From Veleropilina oligotropha (taxonomy: Eukaryota), in the NCBI GenBank assembly GCA_048128005.1, contig JBEUKZ010000107.1, positions 248,001 through 312,000 on the forward strand: a DNA stretch of 64,000 bases, read 5' to 3'. A program made the position numbers and the translations under genes. Shown piece after piece: positions 12,972-30,225 of the stretch; within the stretch, counting starts at the first letter, position 1, and each line of letters begins with the position of its first letter. Under the pieces are notes generated by a model. It did not search any database and was not told the DNA's origin. It saw only the letters and a list, made by a program, of their open reading frames with translations.

Positions 12972-13686
12972 GGTGGGACGTGGGTGCTCAAATTAATAAA
13001 TTTTTGTCAAAATATCAATTTTATGCTTGTTACCTAGTTTAGCTTCATTGCTATGTTCATATTATGTATGCGTACATGTGTTTTGCTGAAATTAATATTA
13101 AAGCCTCGTCAAACTTCATTAAAAACAAAGGCAATGTGCTAACTTATATGTAGATTTTCTCTGGAATGCATTTTTAGGTCCAATCATGCAGTTTAGAAAA
13201 TCTAATTCTCAGCAATGAACAGAGATATCTGCATGACATTTTCAGCATCTGTAGAGTATATGTGTGTCCTTTGGGATGATATATTTGTCATATGTATGTT
13301 ATCAAGAAAAAGTCAACAGATCAAAAATGTATTAATATTAAAATATCATAATTGTATGATTTTTTTTATGTCTTCGGATTAATGTTAAATTCTTAAACTG
13401 GTACTACTCACATATAATGTAATATACTCTTATCCCAAGCGATGGCCACTGACCTGCAATTTAAAAAATAAATTAGTGAAATATCTCTTTTCGTTACGGA
13501 GTAATAGATTTCCTTGCAAAATGATGAATAATTACAAAATTATGCCGTTACCATGGCAACTGTAAATATTGACAACATTTTTTGTGCTTATTTTTTTTTT
13601 AATAAATTAAGTACTTATATTAAACAGTACACGGACTATGTTATTGTTGTTTTTAACAAAAATAGATTTTGCACCCATGTCCCCCC
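12972..13686. mobile_element. TTAA-flanked MITE (Kolobok-like)
   Basis: TTAA|GGTGGGACGTGGGTGC ... GCACCCATGTCCCCCC|TTAA. Confidence 0.75.
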
Positions 13687-13732
13687 TTAATGTACATATC
13701 CTATAAATGTGGACATAAATTAGAAGCCTCCC

Positions 13733-13970
13733 AGTAGTGGAGTGGATAAATGCATGGCTATCGATTCACTCGCTTTACTGCACTGATTAACAGTGGAAGG
13801 TTCGAATCCTCGACTTCGGGATTTATTCAATTACCGGTCTCAGTTGTCCTTAACTGACCGTTTCAAGAGGGCTTTCCCAGGCGACGGTGCTCTTCTCTCG
13901 TGTTGGTATGAATGTGTCTTAATATGACCATGTCAGATATGTTTTACTACAAGACATGCACATCGATCAA
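13733..13970 (+). mobile_element. Degenerate tRNA-derived SINE
   Basis: A-box-like GTAGTGGAGTGG and B-box GGTTCGAATCC. A downstream block (GGGCTTT...AATATGG/ACCATGTC) recurs near 12280, 27470 and 34155. Confidence 0.5.
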
Positions 13971-14074
13971 ACTCAAACTTAAAGTAGAGTCAACCTTCTG
14001 TAACCTGTTGGCTTGGAACTCAGATAGTCTTGCCAGCATTTAAATAACATAAAGACAAAGAGTAAAGATTAAAT

Positions 14075-14620
14075 TTTCTTCTCTCGTTTCACATGCTATA
14101 TATACATGTTCTACTCTCGTTCCACATGCTACATGTTCTACTCTCGTTCCACATTCTACATGTTCTTCTCTCGTTCCACATGCTACATGTTCTACTCTCG
14201 TTCCACATTCTACATGTTCTTCTCTCATTCCACATGCTACATGTTCTACTCTCGTTCCACATTCTACATGTTCTTCTCTCATTCCACATGCTACATGTTC
14301 TACTCTCGTTCCACATTCTACATGTTCTACTCTCGTTCCACATGCTACATGTTCTACTCTCGTTCCACATTCTACATGTTCTTCTCTCGTTCCACATTCT
14401 ACATGTTCTTCTCTCGTTCCACATTCTACATGTTCTACTCTCGTTCCACATTCTACATGTTCTTCTCGCGTTCCACATGCTACATGTTCTACGCTCGTTC
14501 CACATTCTACATGTTCTACTCTCGTTCCACATTCTACATGTTCTTCTCTCGTTCCACATTCTACATGTTCTTCTCTCGTTCCACATGCTACATGTTCTTC
14601 TCTCGTTCCACATTCTACAC
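14075..14620. repeat. 27-bp minisatellite (ACATGTTCTACTCTCGTTCCACATTCT), ~20 copies
   Basis: Visible tandem array. Confidence 0.95.
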
Positions 14621-14762
14621 AGTTCTTCACAGTTACCTTCCCTATCCCTGCAGGTTACTGACCTGATCTACTCGAAATTCAGTTTCCATTCTGTCTAAGA
14701 GTACCACAATTTGTGTCACTGCCAACCAGACATGCATAACTCAGGGTAACTGGGTGAACCAA

Positions 14763-14800
<38 letters not shown>

Positions 14801-14858
14801 CTTATTGCTTAGAATTATCTGCATTTTTATCAATCAGTATACTGTATTGTGATTTCAG

Positions 14859-14957
14859 GAAGAGCCGAGATGGCACCCTATCTGGAATGATAGGCTGCAT
14901 CCGTGGCCTGTTTTACAACAACAGGTATACGGACCTGGCTAACCTAGTAGGGGATAG
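14859..14957 (+). CDS. Host gene exon 8 (LamG end)
   Basis: ttcag|G...GATAG|gtagg. GMIGCIRGLFYN. Confidence 0.88.
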
Positions 14958-15126
14958 GTAGGTCTCACCAATCTGCTCTTGTAACAGTCCATGATCGTAG
15001 TGTAATAATTTTAACGTAGTCATAGACATTGAGGAACTAGTTTGTTAATTATCACAATATCATAATATAATAATAATAAGAATACATTGTGATATTAGTT
15101 TTGCACTTTCTTTCTATTATATTCAG

Positions 15127-15269
15127 ATCTGGAGAGATTTCTGTTGGATGTGTGTCTTCATGCTGGCTAAATCCTTGTGAAAATGATGGTACCTGTATAG
15201 AAAAGTGGGGCACATATAAATGTGTCTGCGTCAACGAATGGACCCAGTATGGCTGTAATTGCGAAAATG
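15127..15269 (+). CDS. Host gene exon 9 (EGF)
   Basis: ttcag|A...AATG|gtaag. CWLNPCENDGTCIEKWGTYKCVC...YGCNC. Confidence 0.92.
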
Positions 15270-15452
15270 GTAAGATCATCTGACTAACACGTGGGGAAAT
15301 TACTGGAGCTTTATAATCTATGCCCATTTGTTTCACCCAAAGAAGTATGTAACATAGTTGCTTCAGAGTACACACTGTTCAGCTGTCGGTTTTCTTGTGC
15401 CCGCTCTACAGTGAGAACTTTTAATCCGATTCGATTCAAATTTGGTGTGCGC

Positions 15453-16748
<1,296 letters not shown>

Positions 16749-17174
16749 GTGTGCGCGGTAGTTGTGATGAGGATACGCCGCCTGACGATTTTCGTTGTTT
16801 TCGGTTTCAAGATGGCCGCCTTGTCAGACATTTTCTTTGAAGAGATTTCTTGTGTGCACTCTACAGTTACTAGATATTATCCGATTTAATTTAAATTTGA
16901 TATACACGTTTGGTATGATGAGGACAAAACGCCGATCGATTTTTGCTGCTGTGGGAGGGGATACATTCCCTCGACTTGCTGTGTCCAGGATTTGTTAGTT
17001 CTATTTAATGTTTCTGATGTTATGAAAAGTAACATTTTAGTATAATAACATAATTTCAATAACATAAGACTTAAAATTGTTTAGCATGTTGCTAGTTTCA
17101 AGGTGTACATTTCAAAAATCGCTGTACAGAATTATCTGTATGAAAAAATGAGCTGCCTGGTAGTGTAATGGAGA

Positions 17175-17655
17175 AGACGGTGGATCCAACTCACACGCGG
17201 GACAGACGGTGGATCCAACTCACACGCGGGACAGACGGATCCAATTCATACACGGGACAGACGGTGGATCCAACTCACATGCGGGACAGATGGTGGATCC
17301 AACTCACACACGGGACAGACGGTGGATCCAACTCACACGCGGGACAGACGGATCCAATTCATACACGGGACAGACGGTGGATCCAACTCACATGCGGGAC
17401 AGATGGTGGATCCAACTCACACGCGGGACAGACGGTGGATCCAACTCACATGCGGGACAGACATTGGATCCAGCTCACACGTGGGACAGACGGTGGCTCC
17501 AATCACACGCGGGACAGACAGTGGCGCCAACTCACATGTGGGAAGGATGGAGAATCCAACTCACACGCGGGACAGACGGTGGCTCCAACTCACACGCGGG
17601 ACAGACGGTGGATCCAACTCACACGCGGGACAGACGGTGGATCCAATTCACACGC
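17175..17655. repeat. ~29-bp minisatellite (GGATCCAACTCACACGCGGGACAGACGGT)
   Basis: Visible tandem array with variant units. Confidence 0.93.
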
Positions 17656-17912
17656 CGAACTGCACTGAATAGCATGAGTTTGAGTGGGTTCGAATTTTCT
17701 TGCATTTGGGAACATTATTCATTGACAGGTACATTTGTCCATAACTGCCCCGTCTTCCTGCGATAATATGGACATGGCATGGCATGACCTTGAAGGGCAA
17801 ATGAAACATTAAGCATTGATTCAAAACAAATCCGAATCTATGGAAAAATGTCAACGACTGATGCAATTTGAAATGGGCATAATGTTGAGTATGGCCTTCT
17901 TGCTATTTTCAG

Positions 17913-18164
17913 ATATCAACAATGATGCCATATCTTTGCTGAATGTTGCTGGCACCCATGTTTTTGTGAATGAAACCTCCAACCCTGACGTACTGTCAAA
18001 GACGATTGTGATGAGCTTCCGCACATATGAGCTGTCAGCGCTGTTGTTGTATGCTTACGATAATAATAACAACTTCGTCCAGCTTCAAGTCGAGGAAGGA
18101 AACAAACTTACGATTATCTACAACAGCTTTAACAAGTTTGTCAAGCAGTCTGTTACTGTGGCAG
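17913..18164 (+). CDS. Host gene exon 10 (LamG)
   Basis: tttcag|AT...GCAG|gtacg. IVMSFRTYELSALLLYAYD. Confidence 0.9.
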
Positions 18165-18963
18165 GTACGCACATATTCAGTCATTGATAGATATATAAAA
18201 CGCATTCATGCACTTTTTGTCTCACCCGTAGGGAAAGAGACTATATAGATAGGTATTGCTTTTCTGTCGACGGCGATGGCGTCGTCAACAATTGTTAATG
18301 TTTTCCGTTTAGCTCTGTTTCTCACAATGTATAAGTTCTAGATCAACATAACTTGGACCATAGATGCTTCATGGGCACTTTTGTTTAATGAATGCTTCGG
18401 ATGCTTCATATATAACCTAGATTTTATGTACCGTGACTTTGTCAGCATAGTAATTTGTGTTGAAGTTTTTGCGTTTAGCTCTGTTTCTCAAAAGGTATCT
18501 GCCCATATGTATTGTAGATCAATTAAACTTAGACCATAGATGCTTCATAAGTGTATGAGCTGAGGGCGGCACATACATATTAATCCTTCCGATTTTTTCC
18601 CCCCCTTCACCCCCCCCCCCTTCATGCTCACCCCTCCCCCCCCCCCCCCCCCCCACAAAATTATGAAGAAGTTACATGATTTATATTTGATATGCCTACA
18701 CACTAGAGCAGTTATTCTGAAAAGTTTCATTATGCCTTGAAATATTGAGGATAAAAAAGAAGCAGATATCGTTTGATGTTTGTATGATGAAAGGGACATA
18801 ATTATGCTTATCTGTAAGACTTGCTCACTGCCGATAGGCACAGTAAGCTGTTAAGCTTAATGGTCACTCTGAGAAGCTGGGATTATCAAAATCAGATGGA
18901 TTTTGAAAACTGGTTTCCCCATTGGTTTATTCCATGAGTATCTTGTGATGGCAGTATATATTG

Positions 18964-20589
<1,626 letters not shown>

Positions 20590-20791
20590 ATATTGTCATA
20601 ACAAGAACAGACTGAATCCAGTGTCTAATATCACCCTCCTCAACTGGTCAAGGTTCAAGTCATTATATCCCCGGACTATTGTCCGGGATACTATTTTGTC
20701 ATGGTTTCTTGTTTTTATGTCTTGACCTTTTTGTAAAAAAGGACAAGACATTATCAAATGGTCCGTGTGTATATACTTATATACTTATATA

Positions 20792-20831
<40 letters not shown>

Positions 20832-21189
20832 GATTTATTTGAAAACTACCCGCTCAATTTTCACCAAAATTGGTACACACATTCCCAAGAGTATTTGTAG
20901 GTCGTGTATATAACTTTCGCGACACAATTTTGCAAAAATATGCATTTATTGAACACTTTTATCCATATTTGTATATAACGGATGTCTAATATTGCAAGCA
21001 AATGGCAATGACGTCATTACGACGTCGCCTTAGATTAATCGTCATTTGGTGACGTCACATTCGACGGGGTAGTAAATTAAGCCATGAAGTACTTGCACTT
21101 GGCCATTGTATTAACTGTTATGAAAATTTGAGGGAAATAAAGAAAGGTCAAGACATATTTCGAACGCGTCGTTCTTGTTTATATTGGTA

Positions 21190-22008
21190 ATTGTATCCCC
21201 GAAATTTAACCCCGAAATTAAAGATTTCGGGGATAGTATGGTTTAGTCATCGTTCAGCCGCCGCGTCCGCCGCAGATATTTCTTGTGCGCTCTACAGTGA
21301 AAGGTTCTAATCCGATTTGATTCAAATTTGGTATGCACGTCAGTTATGATGAGGACACGCCACCTAACGATTTTCGTCGTTTTCGGATCTAAGAGGGCCA
21401 CCGTGGTGGCCATTTTGTTCAGAGAGATTTTCTGCGTGAGCTCTACTGGGAAAACTTAAATATCCGATTTGATTCATATTTGGTATGCGCGTTCGTTATG
21501 ATGAGTACATGCCGCCTAAAGATTTTTGTCTTTTTCGGATACAAGATGGCCGTCTTGGTGGCCATTTTGTTTGACGAGATTTCTTGTGCGCGCTCTACAG
21601 TGAAATGTTATTATCCGATTTGATTCATATTTGGTATGCGCTTTAGTTGTGATGAGGACATGCCGCGTAAATATTTTCGTCGCTTTTGGATCCAAGATGG
21701 CCGCTTTGGCCGCCATTTTGGTTGATTATATTTCTTGTGCGCGCTCTATAGTGAAAAGTTATTATCTGATTTGTTTCAAATTTGGTATGGATGTTAGTTA
21801 TGATGCGGACACGCCACCTAATGATTTTCGGATCCAAGATGCGACTTTAAAGATTTCTATTGCGTGCTCTACAATGAACAGTTATTTTCCTATTTGATTC
21901 AAATTTTATATGCACGTTAGTTATGATGAGGACGTTGCCTATTGATTTTTGCTACCATTGGAGGGGATACATCCCCTCGACTTGCTGGGTCGAGGATTCG
22001 CTAGGTTT
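21190..22008. mobile_element. Helentron-associated-like (HINE/DINE-type) element with ~150-bp internal tandem repeats
   Basis: 5' short inverted repeat plus (CCG/CGTC) microsatellite, central tandem units, 3' hairpin CCTCGAC...GTCGAGG followed by CTAG-T-run. Confidence 0.6.
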
Positions 22009-22330
22009 TTTTTACGATCAATTTTCACAATGTTTCAGTCTTATCACCCAGTGTAAGGTATCGCTCCAATATATAGGGCATATGCTGTCCACAATTTTAA
22101 GATGCAGAATGAGGCTACAACTGGGCTGGAGCACTGACTCCCCTAACAGCCTCGGTTCAGTGTCGAACGCGCTGGGCCGCTATCTTGTTTTATGACCGCT
22201 TTCACAATTTTCAGCCACAGTGGTGTTTCCGATGTCGTTACCACTCTGCTACAGATGCTGATTGAGTTTAATAATAAGCAGGGGAAATATTATTTCGCAA
22301 ATGAATTGAGCGGTCCATTCTCATTTACAG

Positions 22331-23640
22331 TTATTATGCCCCCGGCTCGACTTTAGTCGGCCAGGGGGCATTATGCTTTTGGTCCGTCCGTGTGTCCATC
22401 CGTAACAGATTGAACTCACCTATCTTTTTCGATGTTAATCATGAGCGATCTTCTTCAAACTTAATATGCTATTGGATATATAGTATGAACTATCATGAGT
22501 TCGAATGTTGAATGAAAATATTGATATTTTACCACATATTTTTACGTTTTTGAACATAGTCTCTGGAGCATCATTTCTGATCTCATGCAATAAGGAACTC
22601 ACCTACCTTTTTCCATGTTAATCAATAGCCATCGTCTTCAAACTTCATAAGCTATTATATATAAGTATGAACTATCATGAGTTTGAATGTTGAAAGGAAA
22701 TATTTATTTTTTACTATATTTTGTACATTTTTGAACATAGTCGCTGGATCGTAATTTCTGATCTCATACTATAAGAAACTCATCTAACTTTTTCGATGTT
22801 AATCAAGAGTCATCTCATTCAAACTTGATAAGCTACTAGATATAAGTATGAACTATCATGAGTTCGAATGTTGAATTCCAATATTTATTTTTTACTACAT
22901 TTTTTATGTTTTTGAACATAGCCTCTGAAGCTTCATTTCTGATATGTTATAAGAAACTCACCTACCTATTTCGATGTTAATCAATAGCCATCTTCTTCAA
23001 ACTTCATAAGCTATTATATATAAGTATGAACTATCATGAGTTTGAATGTTGAATGCAAATATTATTTTTACTACATTTCTTACGTTTTTGAACATAGTGT
23101 CTGGAGCTACATTTCTGATCTCATGCTATAAGAAACTCACCTACCTTTTTCGATGTTAATCAATAGCCATCTTCTTCAAACTTCATAAGCTATTATATAT
23201 AAGTATGAACTATCATGAGTTCGAATGTTGAATGAAAATATTGATTGTTTACTACATTTTTTATGTTTTTGAACTAGTCTCTGGAGCTTCATTTCTGATC
23301 TCATGATATGGGAAATTCACCTACCTTTTTCGATGTTAATCAATGTCATCCTTCTTCAAACTTCATATGCTATTATATATAAGTGTGAACTATCATGAGT
23401 TCGAATATGTAATGAAAATATGTATAATTTAGTAATGAAGCGGAATCAGCATCTTGAATTAACAAGTTTTGGGATGCCTGTGCAAATGCTTTGTGCACTT
23501 TATATACAGTCAGCAGAATGATAGAAAAACGACATCATCGTTTCCTTTTTCTAATGTTTTTGAACAGATATAGTGATGAAGCATCAATGGCTTGAACATA
23601 TACCGGGGGCATCGGCAGTGTCGGTAGACACATTTCTAGT
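22331..23640. mobile_element. HINE/DINE-like element with ~180-bp tandem repeats
   Basis: TTATGCCCCC...GGGGGCAT start, GTCC microsatellite, about 5 tandem units, ends GGGGGCAT...TTCTAGTTT. Confidence 0.65.
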
Positions 23641-23716
23641 TTATTTTTATTTCAGATTTACTAAGTCATCAATAATTCTACTTATTATTAATTGTTACCG
23701 CCTTCATTTTTCGTAG

Positions 23717-23863
23717 ACCTAAACGATGGCAGTTGGAAGCAGGTGGTTGCAGAGGTCGATGAGAATGGATTTACTATTTTGCAAGCGGAAAACGAACAAC
23801 TCACAATATTAGACAAGCGCTACACACTTCACATGTACGATAAGCGTCCATTTGGAAACAAAG
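23717..23863 (+). CDS. Host gene exon 11 (LamG)
   Basis: cgtag|AC...AAAG|gttag. DLNDGSWKQVVAE; not in the ORF track but phase-consistent with both neighbours. Confidence 0.85.
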
Positions 23864-24086
23864 GTTAGTTGTGATGTGTACACCATACTTTTTCTCAAAT
23901 AGGATAATTGATCTATGTTCAGTAATGTAAATAACTGCCAATATGTTAAAGCAAATATGAAATCAAAGACATGGCATTGCCTAACTCCAGCAACATTTGA
24001 CTATTTTATGTCATCTATGATTATTCGTTTTAGTTTTATAGAGTATTTGAAAGCTATCAGAGGCGGGCTATTTGAGTAGGAGTGTT

Positions 24087-27000
24087 CCCCGGTGAAAACA
24101 GTTCACGAACTATCTGAAGTTCACGAATAGTTCATGAACAGTCAATGAACAGTTCATGAAATTGGAAAAATAGTTCATGAACCCAGTTCATGAACAAAAG
24201 TTCATGAACTGACTTGCCATTTCATGAACAGTTCATGAACTGACTTTCAGTTCATGAACCTGACTTTCAGTTCATGAACCTGACTTTCAGTTCATGAACC
24301 GTGAGTCGAATGTTCTAAAAGTTTATGAATTACTTTTCTTAGTTCACGAACTTGCCAGTTCACGAAATTTTTAGTTCGTGAACTTGTCAGTTCACGAACC
24401 ATCCAGTTCATGAACTTGCCAGTTCACGAACTTTTCAGTTCCTGAACTTGCCTGTTCATGAACTGGTCAGTCCTTTTGATTTCTTAAGTCCATTCATAAG
24501 CCTGTTGAGTTTAAATTTATAAATTGATGCAAAGTTAACTACTGATACACAGAACGTAGACTAGCTATATATGGCATAGATTTTCAGGATATTTTTTTGT
24601 AGTGAATTTAAGTCCATGTTATTGTGGGAGAAAATCCCGAATTAACTGGTGAAACCCACGCACCTCAGCTGGTTATGGACAACCGTGTGACTGTCTGATA
24701 ACTTTGCACTGTCTCAACGGATTCGAACCATAACACAGTGCAGACAAGACAAGTAGATTTATCTCCTTTACCCAGGTGACTTAGTCACGAGACATATTTA
24801 ACTGGACTTCCCAGGCAAAAATGACACTAGTTCTACTGTAGTTATACTACATGCAGAAACTATAGTTATACTACACTGACTGTAATTCTACTAAAGTTAA
24901 CTGAAGTAAGTTTTTCATAGCACATTGTTAACTATAGTATAACCATAGTACATACTATAGTACACTGTAGTAACTTGTAGTTGATGTTTTCATGCTTGTA
25001 CATAAAATTTTAACTATAGTATTACCATAGTACATACTATAGTACACTGAAGTAACTTGTACTTGTAGTAGATTGTTTTGTTACTTCACTTTTATGTGGT
25101 ACACGTACCATAGTAATAGTTGCATTAAATTTCAACAAAGATTATAAAGAAAGATTTAAAAGTCGAAATAACTGTATATTGTTGTTTCAAAATTTATTTC
25201 GTTGTCATATATAAATACAGACAACGGGATCGGGCAAAAAGTTATTACAACCTATCTAAGTGCCCTTTCCCAAAACATAATAAACAGTAAATAAGTAGTA
25301 TACAATATAATTAATATAGTTAGGTAACTAATTAACTTTATTTAGTTCAATAATTAATTAATTAAACTGTATATGCATCATCATTACAAGCAACTAGCAA
25401 CACACATATTATTAACTTGAATTGTTCTTATTAACATTGCAGATCCAGTATTATTGAAGCAGGTGAAATAATTTATATTTGTACTTGTCGAGTTGTGCTT
25501 GTGAAAAATATATATTGTGCAATTGACATATATTATAATTATTAAACAGATTTTCCATATTCATGCACTTCTTTGTTTTCAATTAAATGGATCGATCACC
25601 ACCAATTAATTCAGGTAAAGGTCACAAGTAATATATGGGTCTTACAATTCTGATGCAAGATGAGTTGAGGTAACTATAACTATATGCTTCATCTAACACC
25701 CTAATAATTCCTGTGTAGACAATAAAGCTAGGTTATTGAAAACGTTTTACATATCTGTTTGTAATCTTATTTATAATGGTTGTCAAATGTGAATTAAATT
25801 GAAAAAGCCCAAATCACTACATTTAGCGCTTACAGTTGTTTGAACATGTTGATGCGCACTTAGTCTTTGATCAGCTCCCTGTCGCAAATCGAAAACGTCT
25901 GTAGCCATAATGCACGCGCGTGCCCTTGTTGGTGAAGCATTAGGAGTCTACATGCACCTACAGACATAAAAGTGCGCCAACTGTCGCCCGACAGTCTCTA
26001 GACTTTTCTTTATAGCCTACGTATTGTTTTTGTCATTTATTTATAAACCTATACGATATATTGCAATAAAATACTTCTTCAGTCGTGTTATTTAGATCAA
26101 ATCGCAATAATTTGTTCGCTCGAGTTCTATGGCTTTGCTAAGCTCGGTTTCCGTAATTTATGTGGAACTGTCCGGAAAACCCCCCGAAGCCGATTCGGTG
26201 AAAAGTCTCAAAATTCGAGTGTATTATCTCCCCTGTTACCATTCTTCGTGAAATAAATGCTTTTTCACTGAAAACGTCATAATAAGACATGAAACGATCA
26301 ACTACAGGAAAATTAAAAATAAGATTGCCGTATTTAACAATTGTGCGATGACGATAAGCGACAGTTTTAACGCCGCGCGCATGCGCATTGAACAATTATT
26401 GCGGTCCGCAATTTTCAAATAGCGATCAACTGTCATCCGCAGCTTGTCTGAAGAAGGAATTTGATGAAAACATGAAAAACGCTTCAACTAGCTCTAGCTG
26501 GAACTGTACCTATTTGACAACTTTCAGACAAAGATAATGGATTATACATTTTCATTGGTTTTCTTCTTACTGGAAGCTTCAATAATATCAAACAGTTTGA
26601 TATTTGGTGCAGTTACCTAGCGGGTCAGTAGTCCAAAACACTTGAATTGCCACCAAGGAACCCAACCATACCGAATGTTTCTACAGCATCATCCTGTTCT
26701 GTTCATCTCAACCGCAAGGAATCGTGTGAGTACTCATATTTTTTGGATACAAATACAGATAAAAGTCTCATAAAATTAATTCGCAGACTGGAGTATGTTA
26801 ATTCAATAATGGGGAAAAGCATGGTCAAAATATAACAATAAATTTTTAATATTAATTTAGGAATCAGCCTTGAAGCTTCTATATTTCGACCTGATTTGTC
26901 GCATATCATTATTTATTAACGTTGGTGATAACAAATAGTTTGCTGACCTTTAAAGTTTATATAATATAGAATATGCTGTAAATTCATCAGTTACTAGTAT

Positions 27001-29334
27001 TTGATCTATTAAAGCATGATGATGTTACAGTCGTAACAGTGTATGTAGGACATAATGTACGTTGTGGCTTGGTTCCCAGTGAGCCTCTTGAAAAATCGAC
27101 TTTGACAGCAAAAGGGTCTGAACCTCATAAAGTACTAAAGGGTAATTATTTTGAGATTGTATTTTAGGAATATTTAAAATAGATCCAGCTTGTGAATTCA
27201 GGAAGCACCAGTTATCAGGTTGCAGTTTACTCCAGTATTCAGTAAACAGTTATAAATATTAATGTTATCAATTATACAGAAAAAATATATATATACATAG
27301 GTCTCATCCGACAGCACTGGATGCCCGGTGGCAGTGTTAGAGCGAAGCCCTTAATCTAGTTGGCCTGTCTGCTCTGTGCTAAGCTTTGATTGAGAATTTA
27401 AATCCGATCGGAGACAATGCAAGGTTTTCAGAAACGGTTGTCCATAACCGACCGACCGGTTAATCTGGGCTTTCCTCCCACAATAATATGGACATGTCCA
27501 GATATAGCCCAAAAACGTGCATTACATGGGACCAAATTTGTTAATCTCACTCACTCTCACCTGACAGCAAATATGCAAGCCGGCAGTGATGCAAAGTTGA
27601 ATTTTTCAAGTCAAATTAATTGATATTTTCACACATTGATTTTTACAGAGAACACCTGTGACAAGTCTTCAAACTCAAATAAGAAGTACTGCCACTGCCG
27701 GTAAGGAAAATTGTAATGTAAATTTTGTATCATGTCCGACAATAAAGATAAATACTGGTTGTGACGATGTACAATATTTTGTTACGGTGATAATTTAAGA
27801 AATAAAACAGAAGCATGCTTATTTTCGGAAAATATTTTGGCAATTGCTACTATGGAAATATTAACTAATTAAAGATAATGAATCTAGCGTTATCTCAATT
27901 TGACATTTTTCTATCCGAATCCCTGTACATAAGGGTCACTAAGGTCAAAAGGTCAAGAAATACAATTTTGCATATAACTTCTGATCTATGTACATTAAAT
28001 AGATGCAAATGGTATCATTCGAAAGCCTTTCAATAGTGCCTTCGGTGTATATAACAATGTGATGAATATAAGGCAAGGTCACAGGTGTTGAAAGGTCGCA
28101 AATCACATTTTCGGAAATAACGTCATTTATTTCCAGCATATACATGCAAATGGCATCAAGCGAAAGGTCTTCCAAATGTGCCTTCAGTGTACATAACATT
28201 GTGATGAATATAGGTCAAAGGCGAAGGTCGCAGGTTCCGAAAAGACATTTTCGCATAATCTTCTTATGGGTCTGTTACTGATGATGAAGCGCAACAGCTG
28301 AGGGTTTGTAATCTCTGATTGCCTAATTGAATATTTACAATTATTTATTGACATGTTTTCATTTTTTATGTTAGGCATGTCTCGGACCTGAGAAGTGAAT
28401 TAGCAGCACTACAGGGAAAATTCGCTGAGCAATGTCTTCGTTGTTCGCAGCCACTACCTGCAGTTCCAAGTTTGACAACGGCAGCCGTCTTCAACCCTCC
28501 ACCATTGGCACCTACTATTAAGAGCAGTGTGTGCCCCTCAACAGATTCTTTTTCTGAAGATGTGGCAAACTTGATGGCCAGTGTCAGTGATAAGAAACCT
28601 GATGCTGAATTATTTAGTATTATCCACAGTCTGGCTAGTGGAGTCTTCTCAGATGAAGAGCTGAACGGCGGTAGCTATTCTGGAAAGAGAAGCTTTCAAT
28701 CGAAAGGTGAGAGTAGGCCTGCTCTTGATCAAAGAAGGATGAGGCTACTGGAGCATGTGGACAGGATAAAAACTGCAGTTCAATTTTTCTGAAGGTCGCC
28801 AAGTATGATTCTTCAACAATATCATGTATTCATATTGTCAAATATCCTATATCAAGTTTATTATCAGATCACGACCTCAACATTTTATCAGCAGATTCTC
28901 TTGTGAGTTCATCATAAATTCAGTTCATGAACGCAATTAAAGTTCATGAACTGACAGTTCATGAACTGACAGTTCATGAACTGATAGTTCATGAACGTTC
29001 TATTATTTTTCATTCGGCCGTTTAAAGTTCATGAGCAGATCATGAACTGTTCACTTAATGTTCGTGAACTGGAGTTCACGATCCATCAGTTCGTGAACTG
29101 GAGTTCATGAACCATCAGTTCGTGAACTGGAGTTCATGAACCATCAGTTCGTGAACTGGAGTTCATGAACCATCAGTTCTTGAACTGGAGTTCATGAACC
29201 GTCAGTTCATGAACATCCTTCATATTTTCATTTGGCCATTTAAAGTTCATGAGCAGTTCATGAACTTCTCATGAACTGTGCTCATGAACTGTTCATGAGC
29301 TAATCATGAACTGTTCATGATAGTTTCGCCAGGG
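24087..29334. mobile_element. EnSpm/CMC-like non-autonomous transposon with GTTCATGAAC subterminal arrays
   Basis: TT|CCCCGGTGAAAAC...GTTTCGCCAGGG|TT (2-bp TSD). Dense arrays of palindromic GTTCAYGAAC at 24100-24465 and 28920-29320. Confidence 0.72.
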
Positions 29335-29582
29335 TTGCATCTCTATATCTTAAGTTGTCAGATAATTATGGTATTTTAGGATATATTTTACCCTTACTCT
29401 CTATATAATCATATAATTATATCAGAAACTAAAATATCATAATGTCAAATATCTGATAAATAAGGAAGTGTTCTGAAATGATCTACATGGCCTTGTAATG
29501 TATCATATGCAAATCCAGCTCTGGCAATTCCATTACTATAATTTATTATCAGTAACATATAATTATGTCTTTCTTTTGTTAG

Positions 29583-29753
29583 AAGTTGTGGTTCCTCCCC
29601 GACCAGATAAACAACAAAGCGAGTTCTTGCATCTGTACTTGGGTGGAGTACCTTTCAATACCTCATCCATTCCAAATCTATTTGGATGCTTGCGAGGGCT
29701 GAAGATTGGAGAAAAAATCTTCAGTTTGACTAATTTGTCAGCTACAAATGACA
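29583..29753 (+). CDS. Host gene exon 12 (LamG end)
   Basis: gttag|AA...GACA|gtaag. LYLGGVP...FGCLRGLKIG. Confidence 0.9.
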
Positions 29754-30225
29754 GTAAGGATTATGAGTGCACACAGTAATGCGACTTTTATTTTACCCTG
29801 CAAACAGTAGGGATCATGTTAAATGGGCCATCCAGCCGCGCCGCCTACTTTGTTTCCGGAGCATATTTCAAAATTCGTTTTATGAAAGTTGGTGGTTACA
29901 GAATTCACAGCAACCGATTTGTTTCACATATTTCAGATGTCGAAAGTTGAAAACTATCATTGTATGTTTGAACAAATGTAACCTCACTGTTTTGTTATTT
30001 TAGTCTCATTTCAACATCTCGTGCATAACTGATCATGAGGAGCCATGTTTTGTTACCGTTGGTTACCGTTGACCATTGGATACAAAACTATGTAAAAGCT
30101 GAAACTCTTGGGAGCAAACACCTAGAGGTCTGGGAATTTCCCCATGATCACTGTCTCCACTGCACACAGCACTAATTAATTGATTGACACGTTTATGACT
30201 GTAATACTGTTGGCATGGTCTAAAC

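Noticed and set aside
13733..13815. Possible tRNA gene
   Set aside because: A/B-box-like motifs are present but there is no convincing cloverleaf; better explained as a SINE head.
14040..14698. Several ~190 aa repetitive ORFs
   Set aside because: Translations of a 27-bp tandem repeat.
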